Shown here: positions 15,501 through 27,131 of the stretch, piece by piece | Numbering within the stretch: position 1 is the first letter of the stretch | Layout of the letters: every line of letters begins with the position of its first letter | NCBI GenBank assembly: GCA_020137815.1 | Contig: CM035361.1 | Location: 1,922,001 to 1,986,000, forward strand | Source: Hormiphora californensis | Taxonomy: Eukaryota > Animalia > Ctenophora | Direction of reading: 5' to 3' | DNA length: 64,000 nucleotides | The notes under the pieces: model-generated | What the model was told of the DNA's origin: nothing | Seen by the model: the letters and a program-made list of their open reading frames with translations, nothing else | Database searches by the model: none | Position numbers and translations under genes: made by a program

Positions 15501-18500
15501 TGCGACAAAAGTGAGTACACATTATACAATGTTCTGATTAAATAATGCCTGCTCTTTTTTGACAAATAAAAAACAGAAGGGGCTGACCATTAGTAAAACT
15601 AAAGACATGACCAACGAATGACTTGAGTCACCTGACACTTTAAATGAACAATTCAACGAACAATGACCGAATATTGGAAGGTATTTTCAACTCTTCTCTA
15701 CTCCTCAGCGAAGTACATTCCTACTCATGGGGTTGGGGTGAACAACTCCGCGTCGAGTCCCGATGGTCTCTATAGGACGGTGTATGGTGCGGAGATGTCA
15801 GAATTTACTACCGCTCAACCGCGACCTGGCGTCGAGGTAAAATATTGTTGATAAAATATTAGACAATAAATCAGTTAATTGATTAATTAACTGATTAATT
15901 AGCTTACGGAAATTATAATAACTCATTTAAATAGCGAGATTATGATACCAAAGCACAAGTTAACCGTTTGAAAATTGAAACTCCAAAGGTTGCGAAATAC
16001 GAACCGTACTGGAAGACACTTACGAAAGATGAGCGTTCAAGATATGATCAGAAACTAACCCTCGATGGGACGGGCGCCTATCATTGGAGGGAACCCTGTG
16101 CATTGGATGACGTCACCATGGTCAGTGTTGTCATAGCAACCTGATTCTGAAGGGAATTCTGATTTCCAAATGTATAGAAATATTAACATTTCATGCGAGT
16201 CTACTAATTTTTATCTTTTTAGACGAAAGAAGACGTTGCAACGTTAACTGATCATATCATTGTTTGTGTCTTTGGAGACCTACAATCGCCCACCGTTGGC
16301 CTTCGGAACTTGGTAGGTCAAACAAGTACAATCCTATATGTAGTCCGATTTCATTTTACAAAATTGATAAGTTAAAAATGATACAAACCGTACATTATTC
16401 AAATTTGATTTCTATTCAAATCTCCCTCCAGCTGTTACCGCTTCGGAGTAGTAATCTGCCGATGATGGAGGTGAAGAAGGTCCTCTTGCTCGGTCAAAAA
16501 GACTACATCGAAAAGGAGTGGAAGGATCTAAACGATTTCCAAGACGTATACTTCATGGAGGTACAGTAGATGCAATGCTGTTATAATCAATTGTTAGCCT
16601 GATCGGTGTCGAAGAAAAGATAAATTTCACATTTGAAGACCCTTCACATTTTCACAAATACCCTTTACATTTGGAGACCTTTTAGTCTCTCATATTTTCA
16701 CAATTTATTGACCACTGCACTGAACACATTATATATGTCAACTGATTTTACAATGCAATATTAGGTGACATCGCAGTTAGGAGAAGCGACAGCACCACAA
16801 TCAAGATTCATGGTATTAAACTGCACATTAAACTCACTTTTAAATGCACTGTTTCATCGACATTTTTCGGCATATAAGAACCACATTATTTTCGGTCAAA
16901 ATTTTAATAAGTTTGTCCAATGTCCATTGTCCATTGAGTAACACAGTCTTTAAGAAGTGTTCAAAAGTTTAGAAATTCAGTTATGTAATGACTGGTACAA
17001 TAACATATATTGTTTCAGGGATCACCTATGCGAAGGGAGGATGTGATATCAGCAGGAGTTCAGAACTGCCTTATGTGTCTCATTCTATCATCGGCCCTTC
17101 AGGGGAAGGCCACCGATCCTAATCTAGTTGATAAGGAAACTATCCTCTCGTTTTTACAGGTATAGTTCATACAATTTTAGTTTTCGGTGAAAGATATTTC
17201 AAGGGAAGATCACCGATAAACGGCTGAAAATACACAAAACCTAAAGTGGGAACTTGTCACAATTCCGATAACCCATGAAACTAACAATCATCTTCTTAGA
17301 TAAAAGGTTGTGGAGGTACAGAACTTATAAACCCGCGATCTTTCAAGTATACACTGAATGAAAAACCAAAAAGGAATCGCATGCAAGTGCCAATCATTTC
17401 GGAAATTGGTCAGTACTAACTCCAATTAATTACATTTTAATTAGAAGTCCCAATTTCATTACATTGCTTTTTGATCTAACTAATAACCACTGTGGAGTAA
17501 TATCATCCTTTAGGGGAACTCCAACGATCAGTTCGAATAATATCCCCTCTTTCTTCTAGTAAACGACTCCAACGTTCAATTTATGGAGAAATCGAAAGAT
17601 TCTAGCCAGCGGGGTCTCCATATGGCCCTGCCTTTTACCCGGGGCCAAGCGTTTATTGTATCCGTTCTGGATGCTATTCTATCACTGGTAAATGTCCCGA
17701 GCCACGGTGTACCATTATCCACACACACCAGTTACCATGGTAACCACATCAACACAGTTACCATGGCAACAATACAGTGTATGGGTAATGGTAACCGTGG
17801 TCAGTTCCCCCCTTTATTGTACACCCCTTCCTCCCCCCGTCCTATCGGTAAACAGTTCAAGACGAAAACGTGCATTTTATGGTTCTGGACCGTGTAGCGG
17901 GTGATTTACACGCGACCGCCTGGTCTCCGCCATTTGTAGCAGGCCAAGCGTTCGTTGTGTCCCTTCTAGATGCCATTTTGTCCTTGGTGAGATGCGTGTG
18001 TGAGATGTGAGAAGAACAGATGTGTGAATGTGAGAAAACTCGGGAAAGTGAGAACTATAATTCGTGAATGTTGTGAAATTGTGAAAATGTGAGAATACTC
18101 TCGGGCTGTGTATGTGTATGAATTGCAACGGCCGGTGCTGCACTCGGGTGCTGAACCTATAGAAGTAGATCCCTGGGACTTGCCGCTTTTAGGTCACTAG
18201 TATTGTAGTGACTCACTGCAATACAGGGGAAGTGCTATAACACTGGCGTGCGTCTATGAGAGAAGGTCGAAAAATCGAAATTGTGTGTGTGTGCATGTGA
18301 GAGGGATGACGAGTGACGATTGATCAAATTATCGATGTGAATAAAGTGTTTTTGGGCCGTGTTTTTATTTTTTTACTGATCCGGGAAATCTGCTGTACCT
18401 TTTTATGTGAAAATGAAAGTGAAACTAATATTGACAGAATGTTCGAGGTCTAGACTGTCTGTGGCAAAACTGTTAGGATTTTCATAGTCTTGCTGAAATT

Positions 18501-21500
18501 TTGAGCTGCAAACACACCACCGTAACCCCCTCTACACCAATCAAAATGTAGGCACTATTTCTAAAACAACGTAAACCTCATTTCAGACGTTTTATAATGA
18601 GAAACTGATGAGGATTATCCGAACGCTTATTACGGGGGTCGATAGTCACTCGCAGGACCCAGATGATTCATACACTGATTTCGGTAATTGATACACATCT
18701 ACTTCTTTATGTAGCTCACATTCCATTTTATTTCATAAAAGCGCTCTTTGAGGGCTCGGCAGAGTAACTTCGGCTGCACCTAACTGACGAGTTATTAAGA
18801 TTTTACTATTTTTACAACAACTGCTCCTTCATAATAACTTGATTCACATTTCTCAATAGACGACTGTGGGATTGCAGCCGGTTTAAATCGATTTCGACCT
18901 TGGCTTCGAACGCGGATGTCTTGTCGGGTGGCTCAAATTTCTTTAGCAGATGAACGGTTTTCCGGCAAACGGGTAAGCTTTATTTGCAAACAAATATTTC
19001 ATCTCTATTGCCTCGACCCGTGGTCCCCTGCCAGAGCATTGGCCTGACTCATGGGCCCCTGTCAGAGAATTGGCCTGACCCGTGGGCCCCAACCGCGGCT
19101 CGGCATCATTATTATATTTCCATCTTCGTGTCCCTATAGGTGTACGGCGAACTATTTGAAATGCTACTGAAGGAACACTCAATGCTCGCATTGGGCCTGT
19201 ATCGCTGCTACAAAAAGTCACACAAGGGATCAAATCGACGGCCAATGGGGGGTCCTGAGTAAGTTTAGAAAACACATCACGTTAGCTTTGAAGATATATT
19301 ATGTTGTCTGCCATCAGCATACCCCGTTTTTGAATCTCGCGACAGAGTGCTCAGATCAGCTCCAGCAATAACGTGTCGTTTCAGGAGGGACAGAAGTCGC
19401 GGGTACCGAGATAACGAAGATCGGTATGTCAACACAGCGCCCCCTTATGATGCCAAGCTGAGACCAAGCGATAAGGTACAACTAGTTCACACCTTTCTTT
19501 CACATCCACTTGGCTAGATGGGACTATCCTCTACTGGATCCAGCATGTTCACAAACAGAACATGCGCCTAGATAAAAACCCGTTAGTAAACATACCTCGA
19601 TCTCGTTTTCCAGGTTTTTGTCCTGGCTCAATCGGAGATGGAGCATAATTTCCCCTTGGAGAACTACGACATAAACGATGATAGCAGTTCGTCAGATAAT
19701 GAGTTCCCCGGGTACTCATCGCCACCACAACTTACAGGTACTAGTGGGAGTACGGGACACATAGTCTTCCTTACTTTACACAAGTTCATGTGTTGTCACG
19801 TTGCTTTATTGCATTCAATGGGTTATATAACGTCTTGTTTAATTGATACTCGTGCTTTTGCTATAGGCTATTATATATTTTGCTAATGTTATACTCGTGT
19901 CTAATTGACACCCCTCATTATCATACGCATGTAGAGTGTAGACCATCATCTCGCTTGTTTGTGTACAACTATATAAATTGGAGATCTCTGCCAACAATGT
20001 CAGCAGTTTAATGTGAGGCTGTAATCGCCATTAGATAGAAAGAGAGCGATTATAGATAGTGAGATAAGATAGCGAAATAGGATAGATAGGGTAGCGACTG
20101 GCTATTTGAAACAGTTTTTCACTTTTTTCCCTTGCCTGCCCACAAATCAAGTCGAACCCAAATTTTTTTGACCTTGTGTTACCGAGACAGTCCCTGGGTA
20201 GTTTTTTGGGTGGTTGGAGATGTCTCATTTTGTCTTCCGGGGTCAGGGTCACGTGATATCTATCCAAATTTGGTGTTTCAATTTACCCGCCTCGGTCTGC
20301 TAATTTGAAACACCCGTATCTCCCTCAATTTCTCCACGAAACCAAAATTTTTGACATTGAATAGTTAGAAAAGGGTTGTGCAGAGCCATTCCATGTCTGA
20401 AATCTGAATTTTGTTGAACGTGTTTGGTGCAATGACCTTTTCCAAAAACTGTTTCAAATTAGCAGGAAAACAGTTTTTGCCTCATATTCGGCCAACTTTT
20501 GGCGGAAATGACTCAAATCATAGTTTATATCCTGCCTCATGCTCATATTGAACAATAAAAATTTCGACAATCCAATCGGAGAAAATTGTTTCAAATAGCC
20601 CTCCTCAGTGTTTCAAGTTACCAGACTCTCTTCACTGTGCTACAGCACACACACGACACCAATCAGAGAGCAAATAACGCGCATGTGTTTCAAATAACCA
20701 GAGCACGTGTTTCAAGTTATCAGACACTGTTTCAAGTTAGCAGGCGTTTCAAATTGCCAGTCGCTACCCTATATAGAGTTAATGAGCAAGAGAGATAACA
20801 TTTCCAGATGATTGAGAGCAGTTCATTAGCTCTCAACAGTTACAGTCCGTACGTGTGCAGTAGTTGATCCAATTTATAATGTGTCTATAATAACTGTCTA
20901 ATGTAGCTCACTATAATACCAACACAGTAGTCCACGAAAGTTATTAAATATATTGAGCTGAAAACCACAAAGACACATTCACTGATCAGATCTATAAACT
21001 CTGGTCGCATTCAGATCGCTAGTATGTACTAAGAACATATTATAATAAATCGTTTAATTGCTACTTAGATACTGTGCTACTGAACATAATATAATTGCCG
21101 GAAGAAAAAAAGTAAATCAAAACGTCTGTGATCGCTAAAAAACAAAACTATCAATGCTTCGCTACTAAAGATGGCTAGATCAATGCGATATGTTGTAGAG
21201 CTAGAGTGCGGAAACTATTGAACAGCTACTGATGGAATTCCTACGAAAGAGAGGGATTCTCTGCAGGGAAAGCACATTTCTGCGGCAAATGCTACAAACA
21301 GCTAGGGGAGCATCATTCTACAGCTAAATATCGGACTCAGCACTATTGCCACACAACTCTACAGCTAAATATTGGACACAGCAGCAGCCCTTGATCCAGA
21401 TCAACCAATATATCCCTCTCTCTCCCTCTCTAGGACAGAACCAAAAGCGCCGGATGTCTAAAAACAACTCTCGAGGAGCACCTCCCTCACCCCGGTTACC

Positions 21501-21780
21501 CCCTCCAACGGGAAGTTCGCCACCGCAACCAAGTTGCAGCAGAATCAGCCTAGAGGTTGAGGAGGCTGGAATTGGGGACAGTTACTCAGAGAGTGGATCG
21601 AGTGAGGGGTCAGACGCAGAAAACACAACGAATACCTCTCAAACGAACCAAGTGAAGTCGAAAATTCGGCGGAGAGCTGAGATCATGACTAGGATTCTGT
21701 CAATGCGTCGGCGTAGTTTTAAATCGGGGACTTTAATAAAGGGGAAAAAGTTGAAAGATTTCGGCTTACCATCTGTTTGA
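9589..21780 (+). CDS. KCNMA1: Slo1/BK-family large-conductance K+ channel alpha subunit (KCNMA1/slowpoke-like), multi-exon
   Basis: Phase-consistent GT-AG exons: 9589-9617, 9817-9899 (S0 WRTFIISTTIPFVGGLFFIVIWRL), 10076-10182, 10317-10435, 10575-10665, 10806-10917, 11088-11239 (S4 GLRFIRALRL), 11453-11626 (pore TIGYGD), 11948-12036, 12687-12797 (RCK1 HVIVCG), 12967-13072, 13201-13283, 14534-14669, 14811-14912, 15014-15099, 15242-15510 (CYHCH), 15709-15836, 15989-16120, 16223-16312, 16432-16560, 17019-17159, 17300-17408, [17560-17687 or 17856-17986], 18587-18683, 18860-18972, 19140-19258, 19385-19475, 19614-19737, 21434-21780. In-frame TAG precedes the ATG. Terminal exon is less certain; the symbol denotes family, not strict orthology. 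Confidence 0.93.
13421..13490 (-). ncRNA. Mirror copy of the hammerhead motif
   Basis: Reverse complement of 14351-14420. Confidence 0.65.
13947..14324 (+). CDS. GIY-YIG endonuclease domain of Penelope-like element (5'-truncated; mirror copy 13517-13894 on -)
   Basis: GVVYEAT...YVGMAEGTFKSRLNTH...TELSKLVW...CNLCLAEK...LINRKSEL..KCPH. Confidence 0.85.
   Translation, partial: GVVYEATVKHGNKESKYVGMAEGTFKSRLNTHKTTFRHDRYKNETELSKLVWRLKDRDIRHDITWRLLAKARTYQPGNITCNLCLAEKYHILRGKDLINRKSELLNKCPHKRKYLAVKLMKHPTL
14351..14420 (+). ncRNA. Minimal type I hammerhead ribozyme motif in Penelope pLTR
   Basis: aatc-CTGACGA-tcgc attc gcgt-GAAA-ca tt tg-TT-gatt; stem I extends acaagttt/aaacttgt. Confidence 0.7.
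17560..17687 (+). CDS. Slo channel calcium-bowl exon, variant A
   Basis: ttctag|...|gtaaat; 128 nt, phase 1->0; VNDSNVQFMEKSKDSSQRGLHMALPFTRGQAFIVSVLDAILSL. Confidence 0.88.
17856..17986 (+). CDS. Slo channel calcium-bowl exon, variant B (duplicate, putatively mutually exclusive)
   Basis: aaacag|...|gtgaga; 131 nt, phase 1->0; VQDENVHFMVLDRVAGDLHATAWSPPFVAGQAFVVSLLDAILSL, homologous to A. Confidence 0.82.
20089..20769. mobile_element. TIR element/MITE in a Slo intron
   Basis: gggtagcgactggctatttgaaac ... gtttcaaattgccagtcgctaccc with TA flanks; same termini as 31061-31214. Confidence 0.8.
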
Positions 21781-22506
21781 AGAACGGTAGGTTTGCGGGA
21801 TAGGAAGCGGTTACAATGTTTAGGAGTCAAAGTCATAAGTTAAATATTTTAAGTTTGATAATTCACGTTTCTTGATAAACATCATAATCATATAATATCC
21901 CTTCATTGAGGTTACAATTATTGTATACATTTAGCAACACTTTGTAACTAACACTCTAATTTCGTTTCAGAACGAGGGCCGTTCGGCAACCACCACACGA
22001 TAAATCTAGACGATGACGATTGAGGGGGATCTTCAGCACACAGGGAGAAAGGAAGAGGGCCATATGAAAGAAATCAATTATTTAATTAATTAATTAATTA
22101 TTAGGGGAGAATGAGTTCAGAGAAAACACACGTGCATTACGGCAACACATTACCATCAAAAGACAAATTATTGCCTGTCAGTTTTGTTTTGTTAAAGGCA
22201 CGAAATATGCATCATGATACAAGCTATGATAGAAAAGTCATAAAGGGATTTATTATAACAGATCAGAGAAGAGTGAGAGAGGTGATTGAATGTGAAAAGA
22301 TGTTGTTGTGTTTTAGGTAAGAAATATTAATAACAGTTGCAGAGTGAGGGATGGTACGTGACGAATCACAATGAAGTGAATAATTGTGAGCATTTAGAAT
22401 CAATTTTCTTATTTTGTCCAATATGCCAAAGCAACTTTATTGAACTTCATCTTGAACTAAAAAAAACTAAAATTCAATATTTAAGACAAAGGTCAGTTGA
22501 AAACAA

Positions 22507-22631
22507 CTAAAGTGCGTTTCAAACGACTTGACCTGAGATTCCTGGAAATTCAGGATTTCCCCTTTGTAAATACACACGCAATGCGCCAAATTCCAAGAAT
22601 TACGGGTCAAGTCGCTTGAAACGGACTTTAG
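22507..22631. mobile_element. Small palindromic MITE
   Basis: ctaaagtgcgtttcaaacgacttgacc / ggtcaagtcgcttgaaacggactttag. Confidence 0.6.
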
Positions 22632-22934
22632 CAAGGGACCTGTATGGCGGCGCCATATCCCATTTGACAGTGCGCTCAGAAGGGGCGTGGCGCCAGACAG
22701 CGAGGGACAATATTTTTAATGTCGACAACTTTGCGTCTTAGGCTGGGGAACGAATCCACCTGCCCACCTATGCTACATCGGTCTATGTGCCTATAATACG
22801 GCCTACGAGTACGCGGCTGATACAGCCTCATTCCTCAACGACAAAGAAGAAGACGACGAGCAAGTACTGCAGGATTCGCTGTTCGGACGAAGTCGCGACT
22901 TGGTGCGGATCCTGCTATTGAAATCATCGCGAAA

Positions 22935-23212
22935 GGGTCACCACACACCAAAGTTAAAATTAAAATTAAAATTTTGATTTTAAACCCGCACACACCAGCC
23001 GCCGTTAAAATTTCTCTCCCCCATTCTAAAAGTAACAATCTCACGCACGATTTTGACGGTCGCGTTGGATGACAAAATTTTAACACGCCGTTAAAATCGC
23101 GCGCGAGATTGTTACTTTTAGAATGGGGGAGAGAAATTTTAACGGCCGCTGGTGTGTGCGGGTTTAAAATCAAAATTTTAATTTTAATTTTAACTTTGGT
23201 GTGTGGTGACCC
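22935..23212. mobile_element. Palindromic MITE (~120-bp arms)
   Basis: gggtcaccacacaccaaagttaaaatt... / ...aattttaactttggtgtgtggtgaccc. Confidence 0.75.
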
Positions 23213-23874
23213 CAAATTTCAATATTTCCGAGGGGCTTCGTTCCCTCGAGGCTCGACTCCTACCAGCTACTTGGCGTTGCTTGTGGGGGCTTTCGCCCAA
23301 CACCATGCCAACTAACCGTGGCTGCCGCACAGCCCTTGAATGGAACACACTTGCGGCTGAGCCCAGGCCCCACTGCCCCAGCACCGCGGCCAGCGTTAAA
23401 ATCTGGGTGTTTCGTGAGTGCTGACAAACGGTTTTTTAGGGTTAGGGCTAAAGTGGGGTTAGGGTTATGGCTGGGGTTTGGGTTGGGGTTAGGCCTTGAC
23501 ATTTCCTACCAGATAAACTTTGAATTAGCCAAAACGGTTGAGTGGTTTGGCGGTTAGAGCCATTTTAGTGAATTAACTTTTTTGGCAATGGCAGCGCGCA
23601 CCTGTAAACAGGCCACCAAACACCCAGATCGTAACGGCGCCCCAGCACCGCCACGAGGAAATATGTCTGCTTTTCAAAAAATCGGCCATCTTGGAAATTA
23701 AAAATTAAATTAAAAATCAAAGTAAAATTACGGCGCGCGTGACAATGCGTATTGGATGGAACGCGCTGATTTTGAATTTGTACGCAGCATTTGCAGCCGC
23801 GCACGAATAAGATATTTTAATTTTAGAAACTTCAAAAAACTTCAAAAAACTTCAAATTCAAAAATAACACAATA

Positions 23875-25434
23875 CAAGGTGGCCCATAAATTATGAGGCC
23901 GGGGGACGAGCTGTACCTCCGAAACGGTGATAGTTGTGCAAAAACAAACTACGGGAACATGCTGGAACAATTCCTTGGTAACTTTTTGCAAATTTTGAGT
24001 TTTTTATTCAAAAGTTCATTTTTCATTCATTAACTATTTACACGTTCATTAATGAATTAAGGACTCTAATTTACCGAGAGTGAGCCATTTTGTTTGGGTT
24101 GAATTTATCTTTCCAATGAGCACCATGAAAATCAAATTGAAGCACCAGGTCACATGGCAGTTGAGAAAATGCACATGCATGATTTTGGCTCTTCCTGCGA
24201 CTTTCAATCAGCTGTATCACGGCTACCTTTTGTTCAATCTTTTTAAAAATTTGGGTGAACATTGGATAAGCAAAGATCTATGCTCACAAGAAAAATCAAG
24301 GTCAAAACTGAAAGTTCATTTTTAAGTTTTGGTAGTTCATTCCACTCATTCAGGAACCAACATCCCTAAAGTGATGAAAAGTGATTGGTTTTGTTTGGCC
24401 CATACCCTGCAATGATAGGGAGGTGTAAAAACACGTTTCCGGGCTAGTTAGTGGGTGTCCATGTGATCATGATGATATCTGACACCTCTTCTGAGCCATA
24501 ATCAAGGGACTTTCTCAAATTCAAGCATGTGATTTGGGTTATCTGTGATTGGTATCGTGCAGCAATGTTGAGAGATCTCATAGCACTTCGAAAATTATGA
24601 TTAGCTCAATGAAATGAGTTGATTTTGGATCGAAAAAGGTAGTTTAGTTCATTTTGACGTCTGTTTTAATCTCTTCTATCACAAATCAACTCATTTCATT
24701 GAGCTAATCATCATTTTTGAGGTGCTATGAGATCTCTCAACATTGCTGCACGATACCAATCACAGATAACCCAAATCACATGCTTGAATTTGAGAAAGTC
24801 CCTTGATTATGGCTCAGAAGAGGTGTCAGATATCATCATGATCACATGGACACCCACTAACTAGCCCGGAAACGTGTTTTTACACCTCCCTATCATTGCA
24901 GGGTATGGGCCAAACAAAACCAATCACTTTTCATCACTTTAGGGATGTTGGTTCCTGAATGAGTTGAATGAACTACCAAAACTTAAACATGAACTTTCAG
25001 TTTTGACCTTGATTTTTCTTGTGAGCAAAGATCTTTGCTTATCCAATGTTCACCCAAATTTTTAAAAAGATTGAACAAAAGGTAGCCGTGGATACAGCTG
25101 ATTGAAAGTCGCAGGAAGAGCCAAAATCATGCATGTGCATTTTCTCAACTGCCATGTGACCTGGTGCTTCAATTTGATTTTCATGGTGCTCATTGGAAAG
25201 ATAAATTCAACCCAAACAAAATGGCTCACTCTCGGTAAATTAGAGTCCTTAATTCATTAATGAACGTGTAAATAGTTCATGAATGAAAAATGAACTTTTG
25301 AATAAAAAACTCAAAATTTGCAAAAAGTTACCAAGGAATTGTTCCAGCATGTTCCCGTAGTTTGTTTTTGTACAACTATCACCGTTTCGGAGGTACAGCT
25401 CGTCCCCCGGCCTCATAATTTATGGGCCACCTTG
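23875..25434. mobile_element. Tc1/mariner-derived foldback element with ~750-bp inverted arms
   Basis: TA|caaggtggcccataaattatg...cataatttatgggccaccttg|TA; arms 23875-24625 / 24683-25434, 57-bp spacer. Confidence 0.88.
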
Positions 25435-25436
25435 TA

Positions 25437-25601
25437 TACCTAAAGTCGGATTTTTTGAAGTTGTCACCCCCCTTTTCGTGCGCGGAATGTTTTTGCGCGT
25501 CACATCACATGTTTAACGTGTGGTGTGTGCGTCAAAATGGATAAATTTGACGTGCGCGGTCATTTTGGGGTGACAACTTCAAAAAATCCGACTTTATGGT
25601 A
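25437..25601. mobile_element. MITE
   Basis: taaagtcggattttttgaagttgtcacccc / ggggtgacaacttcaaaaaatccgacttta; internal segment resembles 39890-39950. Confidence 0.65.
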
Positions 25602-25754
25602 CACCCGCACACGTGTTCCTTATTTCCCCGCCCGAAGGCCTTTTTTAATTCAAAAATTTCGTCAAAAATCGACGATTTTGCCTCTCGGCTGTCAGAAACC
25701 TGAAACTTGTTTTGGCTCTCACGCCCTTGATTCTCGACCAATTTCGACAAATCC

Positions 25755-27131
25755 AATCCTGAAGATCTTGGCAGCTACCGCCCGATCAGTAATCTACCAT
25801 TTGTGTCAAAGATCATTGAGAAATGTGTATCTTTACAGTTGACCGAGCATTTAGAGAGCCATCAGTTGCTATCGGGAGTTCAATCTGCTTACCGCAAACA
25901 CCATAGTTGTGAGACTGCAACACTAAAAGTTGTTAACGATCTTCTGCTTCTGCTAGATAAGAAGTCAAAGGCTGTGCTACTACTGCTGGACCTATCTGCA
26001 GCATTTGACACAGTTCAACACAGCAAACTACTAAAGAAGATGCGGACGGACTACGGAATAGAAGATACTGCTCTCGCCTGGTTCAAATCATATCTCACAG
26101 GTCGGTCCACCTCGGTACAAATTGGAGATGCACGATCAAGATCGATAGAGGTGGATATTGGTGTGCCGCAGGGTAGCATCCTAGGGCCTATTCTCTTCAT
26201 TATGTATACCAAAGAGCTCCAGTCGATTGCGGAAAAGCATGGTCTTAACATTCACCTCTTCGCTGACGACACCCAGATCTATACTAGTTTTAGGCCGGAA
26301 ACCTTTGACTTTGTTGTGGATAAATTACAAAATTGTATCAGTGACATCAAGCAATGGATGAAGCAAAACTACCTCAAGCTAAATGCCAGTAAAACGGAAA
26401 TTCTGATACTCAACCACAAAGCCGACCGCACTCCTGGGCCAACTGGATTAGTGATTGAAAAAGACGAAAGTCCAATTGTACAGTCTACGGAAATCGAATC
26501 AACGACAAGTGCCCGTAATCTCGGTATTTGGCTCGATCCCACCCTCTCAATGGCAAGCCATATCTCGAAAATTGTCCAAGCATGTAATATGCAACTTCTG
26601 AATCTGTGGAGGATAGCTAGAAAACTTCCCAGGCAACTGAAAATCAAGCTAGTGCATTCGTTAATACACTCTCGCCTAGACTATGGAAATGCCCTACTCT
26701 ATGGTGCCACAGAATCTGATTTAAACCGCCTCCAAAAGGTCCAAAACAGTGCTGTACGGTTCGTCTATGGAACAAGAAAGAGGAGAGGAGTGACCCAGAT
26801 GCGGAAAGACCTACACTTCCTTCCGATCAAAAGCAGAATCATCTTCAAAATCTGCTTACTAACATACAAATCCATCAATGGAATGGCTCCCCCCTACATC
26901 TCCAACCTCATCCCCCTCCGGAAGCCAAAGGTCAAGGTAGTCAGGGCAGACGAGGATAGCACACTCCTCCACAAACCATACACACACAAGTACACAGCCA
27001 CTAGTAGAGCCTTTAGTATTAGTGCACCTAAATTGTGGAATGAGTTACCGAAAACCCTGCGAGAAAGTGAATCTGTCGATGTGTTTAAACAGCAACTTAA
27101 AACTTACCTGTTTAAGAAAGCTTATTGCTAA
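25755..27131 (+). CDS. Reverse transcriptase (LINE ORF2 C-terminal part)
   Basis: YRPISNLPFVSK, HSCETA, LDLSAAFDTV, GVPQGSILGP, FADDTQIY, HSRLDYGN; uninterrupted frame. Confidence 0.92.
   Translation, partial: NPEDLGSYRPISNLPFVSKIIEKCVSLQLTEHLESHQLLSGVQSAYRKHHSCETATLKVVNDLLLLLDKKSKAVLLLLDLSAAFDTVQHSKLLKKMRTDYGIEDTALAWFKSYLTGRSTSVQIGDARSRSIEVDIGVPQGSILGPILFIMYTKELQSIAEKHGLNIHLFADDTQIYTSFRPETFDFVVDKLQNCISDIKQWMKQNYLKLNASKTEILILNHKADRTPGPTGLVIEKDESPIVQSTEIESTTSARNLGIWLDPTLSMASHISKIVQACNMQLLNLWRIARKLPRQLKIKLVHSLIHSRLDYGNALLYGATESDLNRLQKVQNSAVRFVYGTRKRRGVTQMRKDLHFLPIKSRIIFKICLLTYKSINGMAPPYISNLIPLRKPKVKVVRADEDSTLLHKPYTHKYTATSRAFSISAPKLWNELPKTLRESESVDVFKQQLKTYLFKKAYC

Noticed and set aside
23439-23493. 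Interstitial telomere-like ggttaggg tract
   Set aside because: Short and degenerate, within transposon-derived sequence
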